Assembly (NCBI GenBank): GCA_017446225.1
Contig: JAFSRH010000036.1
Coordinates: 9,826 to 73,825, forward strand
Reading direction: 5' to 3'
DNA: 64,000 nt
Source: Oscillibacter sp.
Lineage (GTDB): Bacteria; Bacillota; Clostridia; Oscillospirales; Oscillospiraceae
Shown here piece after piece: positions 25,877 through 34,573 of this stretch (the stretch's first letter is position 1; every line of letters starts with the position of its first letter). The position numbers and the translations under genes are program-made. Under the pieces are notes generated by a model. It saw nothing but the letters and a program-made list of their open reading frames with translations, did no database searches and was not told where the DNA came from.

Positions 25877-28800
25877 TCAACGGTGAAAGTAACGGTACAG
25901 GAAGGTCACAATCTGTCCCCGGTTACAGCTTCTGAGGGGTTCAAAGGTCGTACTGGTCATGCCGCGCGTGACGCCCTTGCCGTACGCCCACGCCACGGCG
26001 TCCCGGTAGTACGCGTCCGCCGGAACATCCGTGAACGGGAAGCCCTCCATCTGTTCCGTGGCGAAGGCGCGGTACAGAAGGGTGATAAACTGACTGCGGG
26101 AAACCGTCTTGTCGGGGGAGAATGCGCTTTCCGTGGCGCCCATGGTAATGTCACGTTCCGCCGCCCACAGGACGGCCTTGTAGTAGTACGCGTTGGAATC
26201 AAGGTCGGTAAAGGGACTCCGCCCGGACGCCGGTTCCGGAGACCCCGCCGCGCGCCACAGGAACGTAACCGCCTGCGCCGCCGTACAAGGTTCTTTGGGG
26301 CTGAAAGTCGTGTCGCTGGTGCCGCTTGCAACGCCGGTTTCGACCGCCCAGCGTACCGCGTCATAGCAGTAACTCCGCGGGGGGACGTCCGGGAAGTCCG
26401 TTACGGGTTTCTCTTCCGCGAAACGCGCCGTCAAAGCGACGTCCCGCGTGACGCAGAAGCGGTAAACGGCCTCCGCGGAAAGGAGCGTATCCGGGCCGGC
26501 GTACCAGCCGGAGAAGGCGTAACCGTCCCGCGGCACGGCCTCTAATTGCACGAAGTCGCCGTAGCGCGCCGTGCCGCCGCCGAATACCGCGCCGGCCGTG
26601 TCATTGTCCGGGGCGGCCGTGACCGTGTAGAGCGTATCGGACGCCGCCTCCCCGGACAGGTCGGACGCCGTCTTAATCACATCGCCGTCCGGGCCGCTGA
26701 GCGTGTAGGCGGCGGCGTCCGCTTCCGGCACGGCGGGAAGGACGCTTTCCAGCGTTTCGCCCTCCTCCAAACGGACGTTGAGATAGTCCACGTTGCGCGT
26801 GACGTCCGTTGCCTGCGCGGAGAACTCGTCAATGCTGATGTTCACAAGGTCCGGCGTTTCGGAAGCGTCCAGAAGGTTGGCGCTGTCCGGGTCGGCCTCC
26901 CGCCGGGTGACGGATACCTGATAGGCGGTGTCCGCGGGCAGAATCACGATTTTTTCCCCGTTCTCGTTGATCGCGGAAATAATACTGCTCCCGCGGATGT
27001 CCTGCGGGGACTCGTTGACGATCTGCGCGACAATCTCCCCGTTTTCGTCCCGGACCGACACGTCCACGTCACAGTTTACGCGGACAATCCGGTAATTCCC
27101 CTGATTGAAGGAGAGTTCCGCGCCGCGCCTGTAGTTTTCGTCCATGGACATCATCCACGCGAAACAGAGCCGTACCGCGTGAGATTCCACGATCCCGGGC
27201 AGATTGACCATCAGCGTTGCGGCGTCATTGGGGTGGCGTACCAGTACGTTCACCAGCAGTTCCGACAGTGCCGCCCCCGCGCCGCGTAACACAGGCTCGT
27301 CATAGTCGGTCACGCCCGCCTCATCGACCGCCGTCACGATCCAGTCGGAGACTATGGAAAAGGCCTCATCGTTCGGGGTCAGCGGATTGAAGTAGGCGCT
27401 CACGACTTCCGGCCAGTGTTCGGTAAACTGACGCTGAAGGGATTGGAAAATCACCTTCTGGTCCTCGTCCGAAATCCCAAACATGACGGAACAGACTTCC
27501 CGTATCCCATCTTGATACTGTTCCACGTAGTTCCGCCGGTCCTTGATGAACTCTTTCGTCAGCATGGCAACGTAGTTCGAGAGATACACGCCCTGTGAGT
27601 AATTGTTCTTGGTATCCTCTTCCAGCACGGATTTTTCACCGGAAAGCAGATTGCCGAAGCCCAGTTTCTGCATACGGAAGTTGTCCACGCTGTAGGAATC
27701 GGCATCGCCCATGGCGCGGTAAATCCGGAGCATGGCGGCGCGCTCGGTCAGGTAGTTGGAAGAGGACTGCGCGGAAGGAAGATAACGGTCCATTCCGTAG
27801 CGTCCGAAGCCCATTCCGGACGGCGCGACAAACGGCACCGGGTCGCTTTGGTTGATAATGTTGAAAATGTTGTAGTACACGGCCTGATTGCGCGTCTGTT
27901 CGCTCAAGGCCCCGGCGGGAGGCTCGAAGCAGTAGGCGTACACATCCTCGGGTCCGTACGTGATTTCGGCGCCGAAGTCGTAACCTTGGTCGAGCGCGCC
28001 GGCGAGCAGATTCGCGACCGCGGCGGCACGGCTGAAGCCTGTCACCCAGAACTTGACCGGCCCGGTGATGTTCTGTTTCCGGATGTAGGAAGTCAGATAG
28101 TCAAGGATATGGTTTTTAGCGGTATCGAAACCGTCATGCTGTCCGGTTTCGCCGATGGTGAAATTGCTGGCCCATTCGCGCCCGTAGCCGCCCCCGCGCA
28201 CGGCCACGGGAATGAGCGTGTAAGTCTCCCCATTGACCGTAATCGGTTTGTTTCCGGAGACCACCCCGATGGAATCCGTCTCGGGACGGAGCCTAAACCA
28301 CTGGTTGGTGTCGATGGCGTCCTCCGCCACGCCGATACTCTTTAACAGGTTCCGCGCGTTGACACTCTTGTTGGCGTAACGGGTCTGGTCTCCGCTCCCA
28401 AAGGCCGACATGGAAAAACAAACGCTCATGGTCGCCAGACTCTGGTTGTACTCGTACGGAGAGGCGGCAAAATAGTTGTCGGAATAGTAGCAGATGGCGG
28501 AACAGTCGGGGCCGTTCTCATAGCGGAAGGTCAGTTTCTGTACGCCGCGCTCTTTCAGCAGTTCGGCCGCGATTTTTTCGCTGAGGGTGTCCAATCCGCC
28601 GGAGTTGAGGACTTCATAGTAGCCGGTGGTCTGGATATCGTTCAGGAAGCGGCGTGTAAAGTCGAATTCCTGTCCGGAAAGTTCCTGTAAAAAGGCCACC
28701 ACGGAGAGCGCGTCCCGCGCGGAGAGTTCCGCGGCCGATTGAGAAGCGGCGTTGGCGTAACCGTACAGCACGGTATCCTGTCTGTCATAGGGGCCTTCCT

Positions 28801-29269
28801 CGGACTGTTCGCCGTCCGCTGGGGCGCGGTCCGTCAGGAGCACGACACGCCGGTACAAACCGCCGTCCGTCTCGGACAGGGTCCGGGCGAACTGGAACGC
28901 CGTGGAGAGGGTACCGCCGCGCTGGGCGCGGTCCAATGTCTGGCGCAAGGCGTCCGCCGTGGCGACCGCCTCCACCGCGCAGGAAGGCCCCTCCGGCGGG
29001 ATGCCCGCCCGCCAGTAAAGTACGCTGACCTTACTTTCTTCCGCCTGAAACTCGTCAAAGAGCCGTTGCGCGGCGGCGTTCATCACGCGGACGGTAGCAT
29101 CGCCGGCGGACACGGACGGCAGAAACGCAAGCACCGCTTCCGCGCGCGCCGGCTCAGGGCCGCTTGGTTTCGCCGGACTTCGGCGGTAAAGCCACAGGCA
29201 CAGACAGAATAGTAACAGAAGAAAGACCGCTAATATCCAAAGGGAACGTCTGGTTTTTGTTTTTTTCAT
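25877..29269 (-). CDS. Large (1130 aa) cell-surface protein with N-terminal TM/signal anchor, vWA-like region, alpha/beta-hydrolase (lipase class 3-like) region, Listeria/Bacteroides-type repeat and three C-terminal SLH repeats
   Basis: MKKTKTRRSLWILAVFLLLLFCLCLWL anchor. Nucleophile-elbow-like VTGFSRAAAVANLLAG. GDFVQLEAVPRDGYAFSGWY (InlB-B/Flg_new-like). Three C-terminal F.DV....YY..AV.WA repeats. Confidence 0.85.
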   Translation of the reverse strand: MKKTKTRRSLWILAVFLLLLFCLCLWLYRRSPAKPSGPEPARAEAVLAFLPSVSAGDATVRVMNAAAQRLFDEFQAEESKVSVLYWRAGIPPEGPSCAVEAVATADALRQTLDRAQRGGTLSTAFQFARTLSETDGGLYRRVVLLTDRAPADGEQSEEGPYDRQDTVLYGYANAASQSAAELSARDALSVVAFLQELSGQEFDFTRRFLNDIQTTGYYEVLNSGGLDTLSEKIAAELLKERGVQKLTFRYENGPDCSAICYYSDNYFAASPYEYNQSLATMSVCFSMSAFGSGDQTRYANKSVNARNLLKSIGVAEDAIDTNQWFRLRPETDSIGVVSGNKPITVNGETYTLIPVAVRGGGYGREWASNFTIGETGQHDGFDTAKNHILDYLTSYIRKQNITGPVKFWVTGFSRAAAVANLLAGALDQGYDFGAEITYGPEDVYAYCFEPPAGALSEQTRNQAVYYNIFNIINQSDPVPFVAPSGMGFGRYGMDRYLPSAQSSSNYLTERAAMLRIYRAMGDADSYSVDNFRMQKLGFGNLLSGEKSVLEEDTKNNYSQGVYLSNYVAMLTKEFIKDRRNYVEQYQDGIREVCSVMFGISDEDQKVIFQSLQRQFTEHWPEVVSAYFNPLTPNDEAFSIVSDWIVTAVDEAGVTDYDEPVLRGAGAALSELLVNVLVRHPNDAATLMVNLPGIVESHAVRLCFAWMMSMDENYRRGAELSFNQGNYRIVRVNCDVDVSVRDENGEIVAQIVNESPQDIRGSSIISAINENGEKIVILPADTAYQVSVTRREADPDSANLLDASETPDLVNISIDEFSAQATDVTRNVDYLNVRLEEGETLESVLPAVPEADAAAYTLSGPDGDVIKTASDLSGEAASDTLYTVTAAPDNDTAGAVFGGGTARYGDFVQLEAVPRDGYAFSGWYAGPDTLLSAEAVYRFCVTRDVALTARFAEEKPVTDFPDVPPRSYCYDAVRWAVETGVASGTSDTTFSPKEPCTAAQAVTFLWRAAGSPEPASGRSPFTDLDSNAYYYKAVLWAAERDITMGATESAFSPDKTVSRSQFITLLYRAFATEQMEGFPFTDVPADAYYRDAVAWAYGKGVTRGMTSTTFEPLRSCNRGQIVTFLYRYFHR

Positions 29270-29288
29270 TGCATGGCCTCCTGACGTT

Positions 29289-30302
29289 TCAAAGATTTTC
29301 GTCCGCTACGGCGGAGAGAAAGTAGAGGGTCTGGCCGCGGACGATATCCGTTGTGGGGAAGGCTTGCGCGTCAGGCGGGACGCAGAACGCCGGACGGACG
29401 CCGTTTTCATTGTAGGCGTTCCCGCTTCCAAGGGTACCGTCCGGGCCGATCCCGTACGCCGCCGAAAGATAGTACGTGTCGGGGGTACGCAGCCACCAAC
29501 TTACCGCCGGACCGTTTTCACGGTACGCAATCCGATGTTCGGGCGCGTCAAAATAGGACAGCGCGGTACCCTCTTTCCCGGCGTTGTACAATTCCGTGAA
29601 GCCTGTTTCCGCACACGAGAGCAGGAAAATTTCCCGGGTGACGGTCCGGACCGTGTCGCCGGAAACGCCAAGGGCGTTTTCGTCCGTGACCGTGATTTCC
29701 ACGGGTTGTATGAACGGGCGCGCCAAGTCGAGCCGTTGCAGGTACTCCGTATTCAAAAAGCGGTCAAGCGCGCTGTCCGGATAGGCCGCGCTGTAATCGT
29801 TCAACGGGCGGAACTCCGGCAGGACGTCCCGGCGCAACAGAAGCGCGTTCCCGGCATAGTCCGCGCTCAGGACGAGAAACGGCACATAGCGTCCCTGTTC
29901 CGGCAGATAGATGGCATCGAGCGCGTCCACGCGGATACCGTCCCCCACAATGTTCACCTCCGGCAGTTGCTCCCCGGACAACTCCGCGTATTCCGGTTCT
30001 TCCTCCGGGTCCACGGGTCCGGGTGTCGTTTCCGGGTCCACGGGTCCGGGTTGCGTCTCCGGGTCTACGGGTCCGGGTTGCGTCTCCGGGTCCACGGGTC
30101 CGGGTTGCGTCTCCGGGTCCACGGGTCCGGACGCCGTTCCCGGGTCTACCGGTCCGGGTTGCGTTTCCGGGTCCACGGATTCGGATATCGTCTCCGGGTC
30201 TATGGGAAAGTCGTCCGCTATTTCTTCGCCCGCGCCGCCGCAGGCCGTGAAAAGAAACATAAGCACGCTCAAAATAACAAGCAGTCGGCAGTAACGGCGC
30301 AT
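29289..30302 (-). CDS. Lipoprotein with PVDPETQPG tandem repeats and a DUF6273-like C-terminal domain
   Basis: Lipobox LFTAC in MRRYCRLLVILSVLMFLFTACGG. 9-aa repeats. C-terminal SWWLRTP...NGVRPAFCV motif typical of DUF6273-type domains. Confidence 0.8.
   Translation of the reverse strand: MRRYCRLLVILSVLMFLFTACGGAGEEIADDFPIDPETISESVDPETQPGPVDPGTASGPVDPETQPGPVDPETQPGPVDPETQPGPVDPETTPGPVDPEEEPEYAELSGEQLPEVNIVGDGIRVDALDAIYLPEQGRYVPFLVLSADYAGNALLLRRDVLPEFRPLNDYSAAYPDSALDRFLNTEYLQRLDLARPFIQPVEITVTDENALGVSGDTVRTVTREIFLLSCAETGFTELYNAGKEGTALSYFDAPEHRIAYRENGPAVSWWLRTPDTYYLSAAYGIGPDGTLGSGNAYNENGVRPAFCVPPDAQAFPTTDIVRGQTLYFLSAVADENL
30004..30205. repeat. 27-bp tandem repeat, about 7.5 copies, inside the lipoprotein gene (9-aa PVDPETQPG repeat)
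   Basis: Units start at 30004, 30031, 30058, 30085, 30112, 30139 and 30166. The central copies are identical or differ by 1 nt. Confidence 0.92.
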
Positions 30303-30317
30303 AAAACCGCCCCCTTT

Positions 30318-30404
30318 CCGTTCATTGGTCATTGTCTGTGACAGGTCCGTTCATTGGCCATACGGTCATTGTCCGTTAATCGGTCATGCGGTCGTTGTCC
30401 GTGA
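30318..30404. repeat. Degenerate direct repeats straddling the maa stop codon
   Basis: 13-mer TC(A/G)TTGTC(T/C)GT(G/T)A at 30329..30341, 30366..30378 and 30392..30404. 11-mer CCGTTCATTGG at 30318..30328 and 30347..30357. Confidence 0.6.
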
Positions 30405-30978
30405 TGGGCCGGATGACCCGGCACGGGACCCCGGCGGCCAGTACGTCCGGCGGGATGTCACGCGTCACCACGCTGCCCGCGCCGATGACGCTCCCCGCGC
30501 CGATCGTGACGCCTCCGCAAATCGTCACATTGCCCGAAATCCAGCAGTTACGCCCAATCGTGACGGGCTTCGCGTACTCCCGATTGGACAAAGCGCCGTC
30601 CGGCTTGCGAAAGACGTTCCGCTCCTGCCAGCGCAGCGGATGGACCGGCGTCAGAATCGAGACGTTCGGCCCTATGAGCACGTCCTCCCCGATCTCCACC
30701 GGACAGCAGTCCAGGCAGGTAAAGTTGAAGTTGATAAACGTATTTTCTCCAATGGACGTAAAACAGCCGTAATCGAACTGTACCGGTCCGCGAATATAGA
30801 CGTTCGGACCGCGCTTGATGTTCCACTCGTCCAAAAGCGCCTGACGCCGGTCGGTTTCGCCTTCCGGCGTGTTGTTGTACGCTCCGGCCAGTCTGGACGC
30901 CGTTTCCCGCAAAGCGGACAGTTCCGGGTCCGCGGGGTCGTATAAGGCCCCGCTGAGCATTTTTTCTTTTTCCGTCAT
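30376..30978 (-). CDS. maa: Sugar (maltose/galactoside-type) O-acetyltransferase, left-handed beta-helix
   Basis: Mac N-terminal region ([14 protein letters not shown]) plus hexapeptide repeats ([25 protein letters not shown]). Confidence 0.87.
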   Translation of the reverse strand: MTEKEKMLSGALYDPADPELSALRETASRLAGAYNNTPEGETDRRQALLDEWNIKRGPNVYIRGPVQFDYGCFTSIGENTFINFNFTCLDCCPVEIGEDVLIGPNVSILTPVHPLRWQERNVFRKPDGALSNREYAKPVTIGRNCWISGNVTICGGVTIGAGSVIGAGSVVTRDIPPDVLAAGVPCRVIRPITDNDRMTD

Positions 30979-30995
30979 GGTCCGTGCTCCGCCGT

Positions 30996-31391
30996 TCAGA
31001 GTTTCAGAACTTGTCCGGTTACCGTCTCCGCGATCACTTCCACCTCTACCAAGGCCCCCTTCGGCAGTTCCCTGACCGCAACACAGCTTCGGGCCGGTTT
31101 GGTGGTAAAGTAGCGGGCGTACACGGCGTTAAAGTCGGCGAAAAGGGCCATGTCGCTGAGGTAGCAGTTGACTTTGACGGCGTGCCGGAAGTCGGAGCCG
31201 CCCGCGCGGAGCACCGCGCCGAGATTTTCCATAACGCGCGCGGCCTGTTGCTCAATGCCGCCCTCTACCATAGCCCCCGTTGCGGGGTCCAGCGGGATTT
31301 GTCCGGACGTGTAGAGCATACCGCCCGAGACCATCGCCTGAGAGTACGGCCCCACGGCTTCCGGGGCGTCCGGGGTGTAAATACTGTTCAT
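30996..31391 (-). CDS. ridA: RidA/YjgF family reactive-intermediate (enamine/imine) deaminase
   Basis: [28 protein letters not shown] and [22 protein letters not shown] motifs. Lies downstream of ilvA, its functional partner. Confidence 0.9.
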   Translation of the reverse strand: MNSIYTPDAPEAVGPYSQAMVSGGMLYTSGQIPLDPATGAMVEGGIEQQAARVMENLGAVLRAGGSDFRHAVKVNCYLSDMALFADFNAVYARYFTTKPARSCVAVRELPKGALVEVEVIAETVTGQVLKL

Positions 31392-31404
31392 AATGTGCCT
31401 CCTG

Positions 31405-32619
31405 TCATTGCATTTCCTGTATACGGTCCGTCATGATATGGAATCCGGCCTTTGTCAAGGCCTCCTTGATGGCGCGGATCTGGTCAAAGTCGCGGGTCTC
31501 CATGCCGATCTTGAGGAAGCAACTGGAGATGGCCATGTTCGCATCGGAACGTTCGTGATGAACCGACACCACGTTTGCCCCGCAATCGGAGATAATTTGA
31601 CTGACGCCGACCAGTTGTCCGGGCTTGTCCTCCAAGGCGATTTGCAGGACGCTGTTCCGTCCGCCCATGACCAGTCCGCGCGTGATGACGCGGGAGAGGA
31701 TGTTTACGTCAATATTGCCGCCGGAGACCAGACACACGGCCTTTTTCCCGGCAATCGGGACCTTTCCGAACATGGCCGCCGCCACGCTGACCGCCCCCGC
31801 GCCTTCGGCGATCAGTTTCTGTTGCTCGATCAGGGCGAGAATGGCCGCCGCGATTTCGTCCTCTGACACGGACACCATTTCATCAACGTATTCCTTGGCC
31901 ATTGCGTACGTCAAATCGCCGGGGGTCTTGACGGCGATACCGTCCGCGAACGTGGACACGCTCTCAAGCGTAATAATGCCGTCCTCCCGGAAACTGCGTA
32001 CCATGCTGGGGGCGTTCTCCGCCTGTACGCCGTACACTTTGACGTTCGGGTTCAGATTCTTGATCGCGTAGGCCACGCCGGCGAGCAGTCCGCCGCCGCC
32101 AACGGGGACAATGACCGCTTCCACGTCCGGCAACTGGTCCAGAATCTCAAGGCCAATGGTACCCTGTCCGGCCATGACGAGTTCATCGTTGAAGGGGTGA
32201 ATGAAGGTCGCGCCGGTCTCCTGTTGCAGACGGCACGCGTACTCGTAGGCGTCGTCGTACGCGCCGGGCACCAGACGCACTTCCGCGCCCAGACGCTTTG
32301 TCGCCTCCACTTTGCTGATCGGCGCGCCGTCCGGCATACATACAATGCTGTGAGCGCCCATTTTCGTGGCCGACAGCGCCACGCCTTGCGCGTGATTTCC
32401 GGCCGAACAGGCGAGAATGCCCGCCGCGCGCTGTTCCGCCGTCAGGGACGCGATTTTGTTGTAGGCGCCCCGGAGCTTGAAACTGCCCGTGACTTGCAGG
32501 TTCTCCGTTTTCAGGTAAATTTTCGCGTCGTGCCGGAGATTCCGCGCGTACAGCAGATCGGTTTTCCGCGCCACGCCCTTGAGCGTGTACGCGGCCTGAT
32601 AGATTTTGTCGAGCGTCAT
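31405..32619 (-). CDS. ilvA: Threonine ammonia-lyase (threonine dehydratase) with a single C-terminal ACT-like domain
   Basis: PLP lysine motif ENLQVTGSFKLRGA and the GGGGL glycine loop. Confidence 0.92.
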   Translation of the reverse strand: MTLDKIYQAAYTLKGVARKTDLLYARNLRHDAKIYLKTENLQVTGSFKLRGAYNKIASLTAEQRAAGILACSAGNHAQGVALSATKMGAHSIVCMPDGAPISKVEATKRLGAEVRLVPGAYDDAYEYACRLQQETGATFIHPFNDELVMAGQGTIGLEILDQLPDVEAVIVPVGGGGLLAGVAYAIKNLNPNVKVYGVQAENAPSMVRSFREDGIITLESVSTFADGIAVKTPGDLTYAMAKEYVDEMVSVSEDEIAAAILALIEQQKLIAEGAGAVSVAAAMFGKVPIAGKKAVCLVSGGNIDVNILSRVITRGLVMGGRNSVLQIALEDKPGQLVGVSQIISDCGANVVSVHHERSDANMAISSCFLKIGMETRDFDQIRAIKEALTKAGFHIMTDRIQEMQ

Positions 32620-32667
32620 AATAAGCCTCCTTGGACGCGGCGCGTCCGTTCATAGACTTTCCATGGT

Positions 32668-32697
32668 ATCGTAACCGGAACTGACAGGATTTGTCAA
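32668..32697 (-). promoter_or_regulatory. Promoter candidate for ilvA-ridA-maa
   Basis: Minus strand reads TTGACA-18 nt-TACGAT. Confidence 0.4.
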
Positions 32698-32807
32698 GGG
32701 GCGGAGCGAAATTTGTTCCGTTCCGGTTCCAGAATCCGCCTCTGTACAAACGCGCCGTTTTGTGATATCCTCCAACCCGTGAACTTTAATACGGAAGGAG
32801 AACGCGT

Positions 32808-33410
32808 ATGAATGAGGAATCACGCGCTTTTGGCTACCTGTGCCCCGAATGCGGAAAAGCGGTCACGGGCGTCCGGGACCCGTTCACCCTCGCCACATCG
32901 GACGCGGCGATTGCCTGCGAGTGCGGCGGCGCGGTCCTGCGGACCCGTTACGACGGCAGCCGCTACCGGATTTCGGTCCCGTGCGGACTCTGCGGCGGGA
33001 CCCATACGGCGGTTTGTACGCCGGAGCAAATCCTGCGGGGCGCGGTTGCGCTGGCCTGTACGAAAACCGGACAGTTCAGTTGTTTCATCGGCCCGGCGGG
33101 GACCGTGGAACGGCAGATGAAAGAGCTTTCCATTTTAGCGGAAAAGGAACGTCAGGACGGCAGGGAAACCGCGTTTCTGGACAATGTCATCATGTATGAA
33201 GTGCTGTCGGAGCTGAAGGAAATCGCGGCGCGTCCGGACGGGATTACATGCCGCTGTGGGAGCCGGGACTGGAAAATGCAAATCCGGCGTTCCGCCGTGG
33301 ACCTGATTTGCGCCGACTGCGGCGGACGTCTGCGCGTCCCGGCCGCCACCGACCGCGATTTGGACGACCTGTGCTGTCATTTACGGCTGGTTATCCCCGG
33401 CCGCGTATGA
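32808..33410 (+). CDS. Hypothetical cysteine-rich protein with several zinc-ribbon-like CxxC pairs
   Basis: CPECG...CECGG, CGLCGG, CRCGS...CADCGG. GGAGA RBS 7 nt upstream of the ATG. No recognisable enzymatic motif. Confidence 0.6.
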   Translation: MNEESRAFGYLCPECGKAVTGVRDPFTLATSDAAIACECGGAVLRTRYDGSRYRISVPCGLCGGTHTAVCTPEQILRGAVALACTKTGQFSCFIGPAGTVERQMKELSILAEKERQDGRETAFLDNVIMYEVLSELKEIAARPDGITCRCGSRDWKMQIRRSAVDLICADCGGRLRVPAATDRDLDDLCCHLRLVIPGRV

Positions 33411-34407
33411 CCGCGGCGCTGAAGTCGAACGCGTCCGGGTCCACGATGGCCCCCGCCGGGACGTAGGCCCGTGACAGGTTCGCACAGCCCCGGAAGGCCC
33501 CGTAAGCAATGTTCCGCACGCTGTCCGGAATCGTGACGCGGGTCAGGCCGCGGCACTCCGCGAACGCGTGCCCCGCAATCACGCCCACGCCCCGCGGGAT
33601 TTGAACGTCCCGCAGTCCGGCACAGCCTTCAAAGGCCGACACCCCGATCTCTTTGACGCCGTCCGGAATCGCGATGCGTTGCAGTCCCGAACAGCCGCGG
33701 AAAGACATATACCCGATTTTCCGGAGACTGCCCGGAAGGGTCACGCGTTTCAGGTTCGCGCAGTAGAAAAACGCTCTCTCCCCGATTCCCCTGACGCCGT
33801 CTTTGATGACAAGCGCCGTCAGCGCGGATTGGCGGACACACCACGGGGCAGCGGATTGGTGATAGGCCCGCTGACTGAAATCCTCCATGTCGCCGTGTCC
33901 GGAAATGGTGAGCAGTCCGGCGGCGTCAAGCTCCCAAGTCAGCCGCCCCGACCGGCCCGACATGGGCGGTACGCGCGGATCCGGAACGGTCCGTTGGACC
34001 GTAACCGGTCCCGGAACTGTCCGTTGGACCGGCCCGGGAGTTGTCGGTTGTGCCGTAACCGGGCCGGGGAACGTCTGCCGGAGCGGCTCCGCGCCGTACA
34101 GGTCCGCCAGCACCCCCAGAAAGTACGCCACCCTGTCCGCGCCTAACAGCAGTTCGTTTTCCAGACAGTCCCGCGCCCTCATCATGGCCCGGCTCCGTTC
34201 CGCGCCGTCCCGCTCCAACGCCGTCAGAATGCCGCGCTCCGCGAGCTGGCGAATAATGTTCCCGTACGGCTTGAGTTTCGGCGCGAGGTCACAGAAAATC
34301 GCGTACATACGGGGCGCGTTCCGGAACACGTCCGCGCCGAATGTCCGGTACAGATACTCCATGACGCTTGCGAAGTCCTGCGGGTTGTAAGTTTCCTCTG
34401 TGCGCAC
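33391..34407 (-). CDS. Leucine-rich-repeat (BspA-type) protein without signal peptide; helical N-terminal domain and Pro-rich linker
   Basis: C-terminal repeats IPDGVKEIGVSAFEGCAGLRDVQIPRGV... . Linker PGPVTAQPTTPGPVQRTVPGPVTVQ. GTG start with GGAGG 11 nt upstream. The 3' end overlaps the convergent zinc-ribbon gene by 20 nt. Confidence 0.72.
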   Translation of the reverse strand: MRTEETYNPQDFASVMEYLYRTFGADVFRNAPRMYAIFCDLAPKLKPYGNIIRQLAERGILTALERDGAERSRAMMRARDCLENELLLGADRVAYFLGVLADLYGAEPLRQTFPGPVTAQPTTPGPVQRTVPGPVTVQRTVPDPRVPPMSGRSGRLTWELDAAGLLTISGHGDMEDFSQRAYHQSAAPWCVRQSALTALVIKDGVRGIGERAFFYCANLKRVTLPGSLRKIGYMSFRGCSGLQRIAIPDGVKEIGVSAFEGCAGLRDVQIPRGVGVIAGHAFAECRGLTRVTIPDSVRNIAYGAFRGCANLSRAYVPAGAIVDPDAFDFSAAVIRGRG

Positions 34408-34496
34408 CGCCGTTCCGCCTCCTGTCTGTCACGTTACGGACAGTTTACAACAGTTTCCGTCCGTTGTCCATTCTTTTTTGTCCCGGCGAAAATCTG

Positions 34497-34525
34497 TTGA
34501 CAATTATGCCCTGATCCCACATAAT
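34497..34525 (+). promoter_or_regulatory. Sigma-A-type promoter for purA
   Basis: TTGACA (34497..34502)-17 nt-CATAAT (34520..34525). Confidence 0.6.
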
Positions 34526-34573
34526 AGGTACGGCGCGGCGAAATCCGCGAACACAGGTCAGGAGGTTCCGAAT

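Noticed and set aside
25547-26545. 332-aa plus-strand ORF across the hypothetical gene / SLH gene junction
   Set aside because: It crosses a strong minus-strand terminator and two genes, is Arg/Pro-rich, and has no start context.
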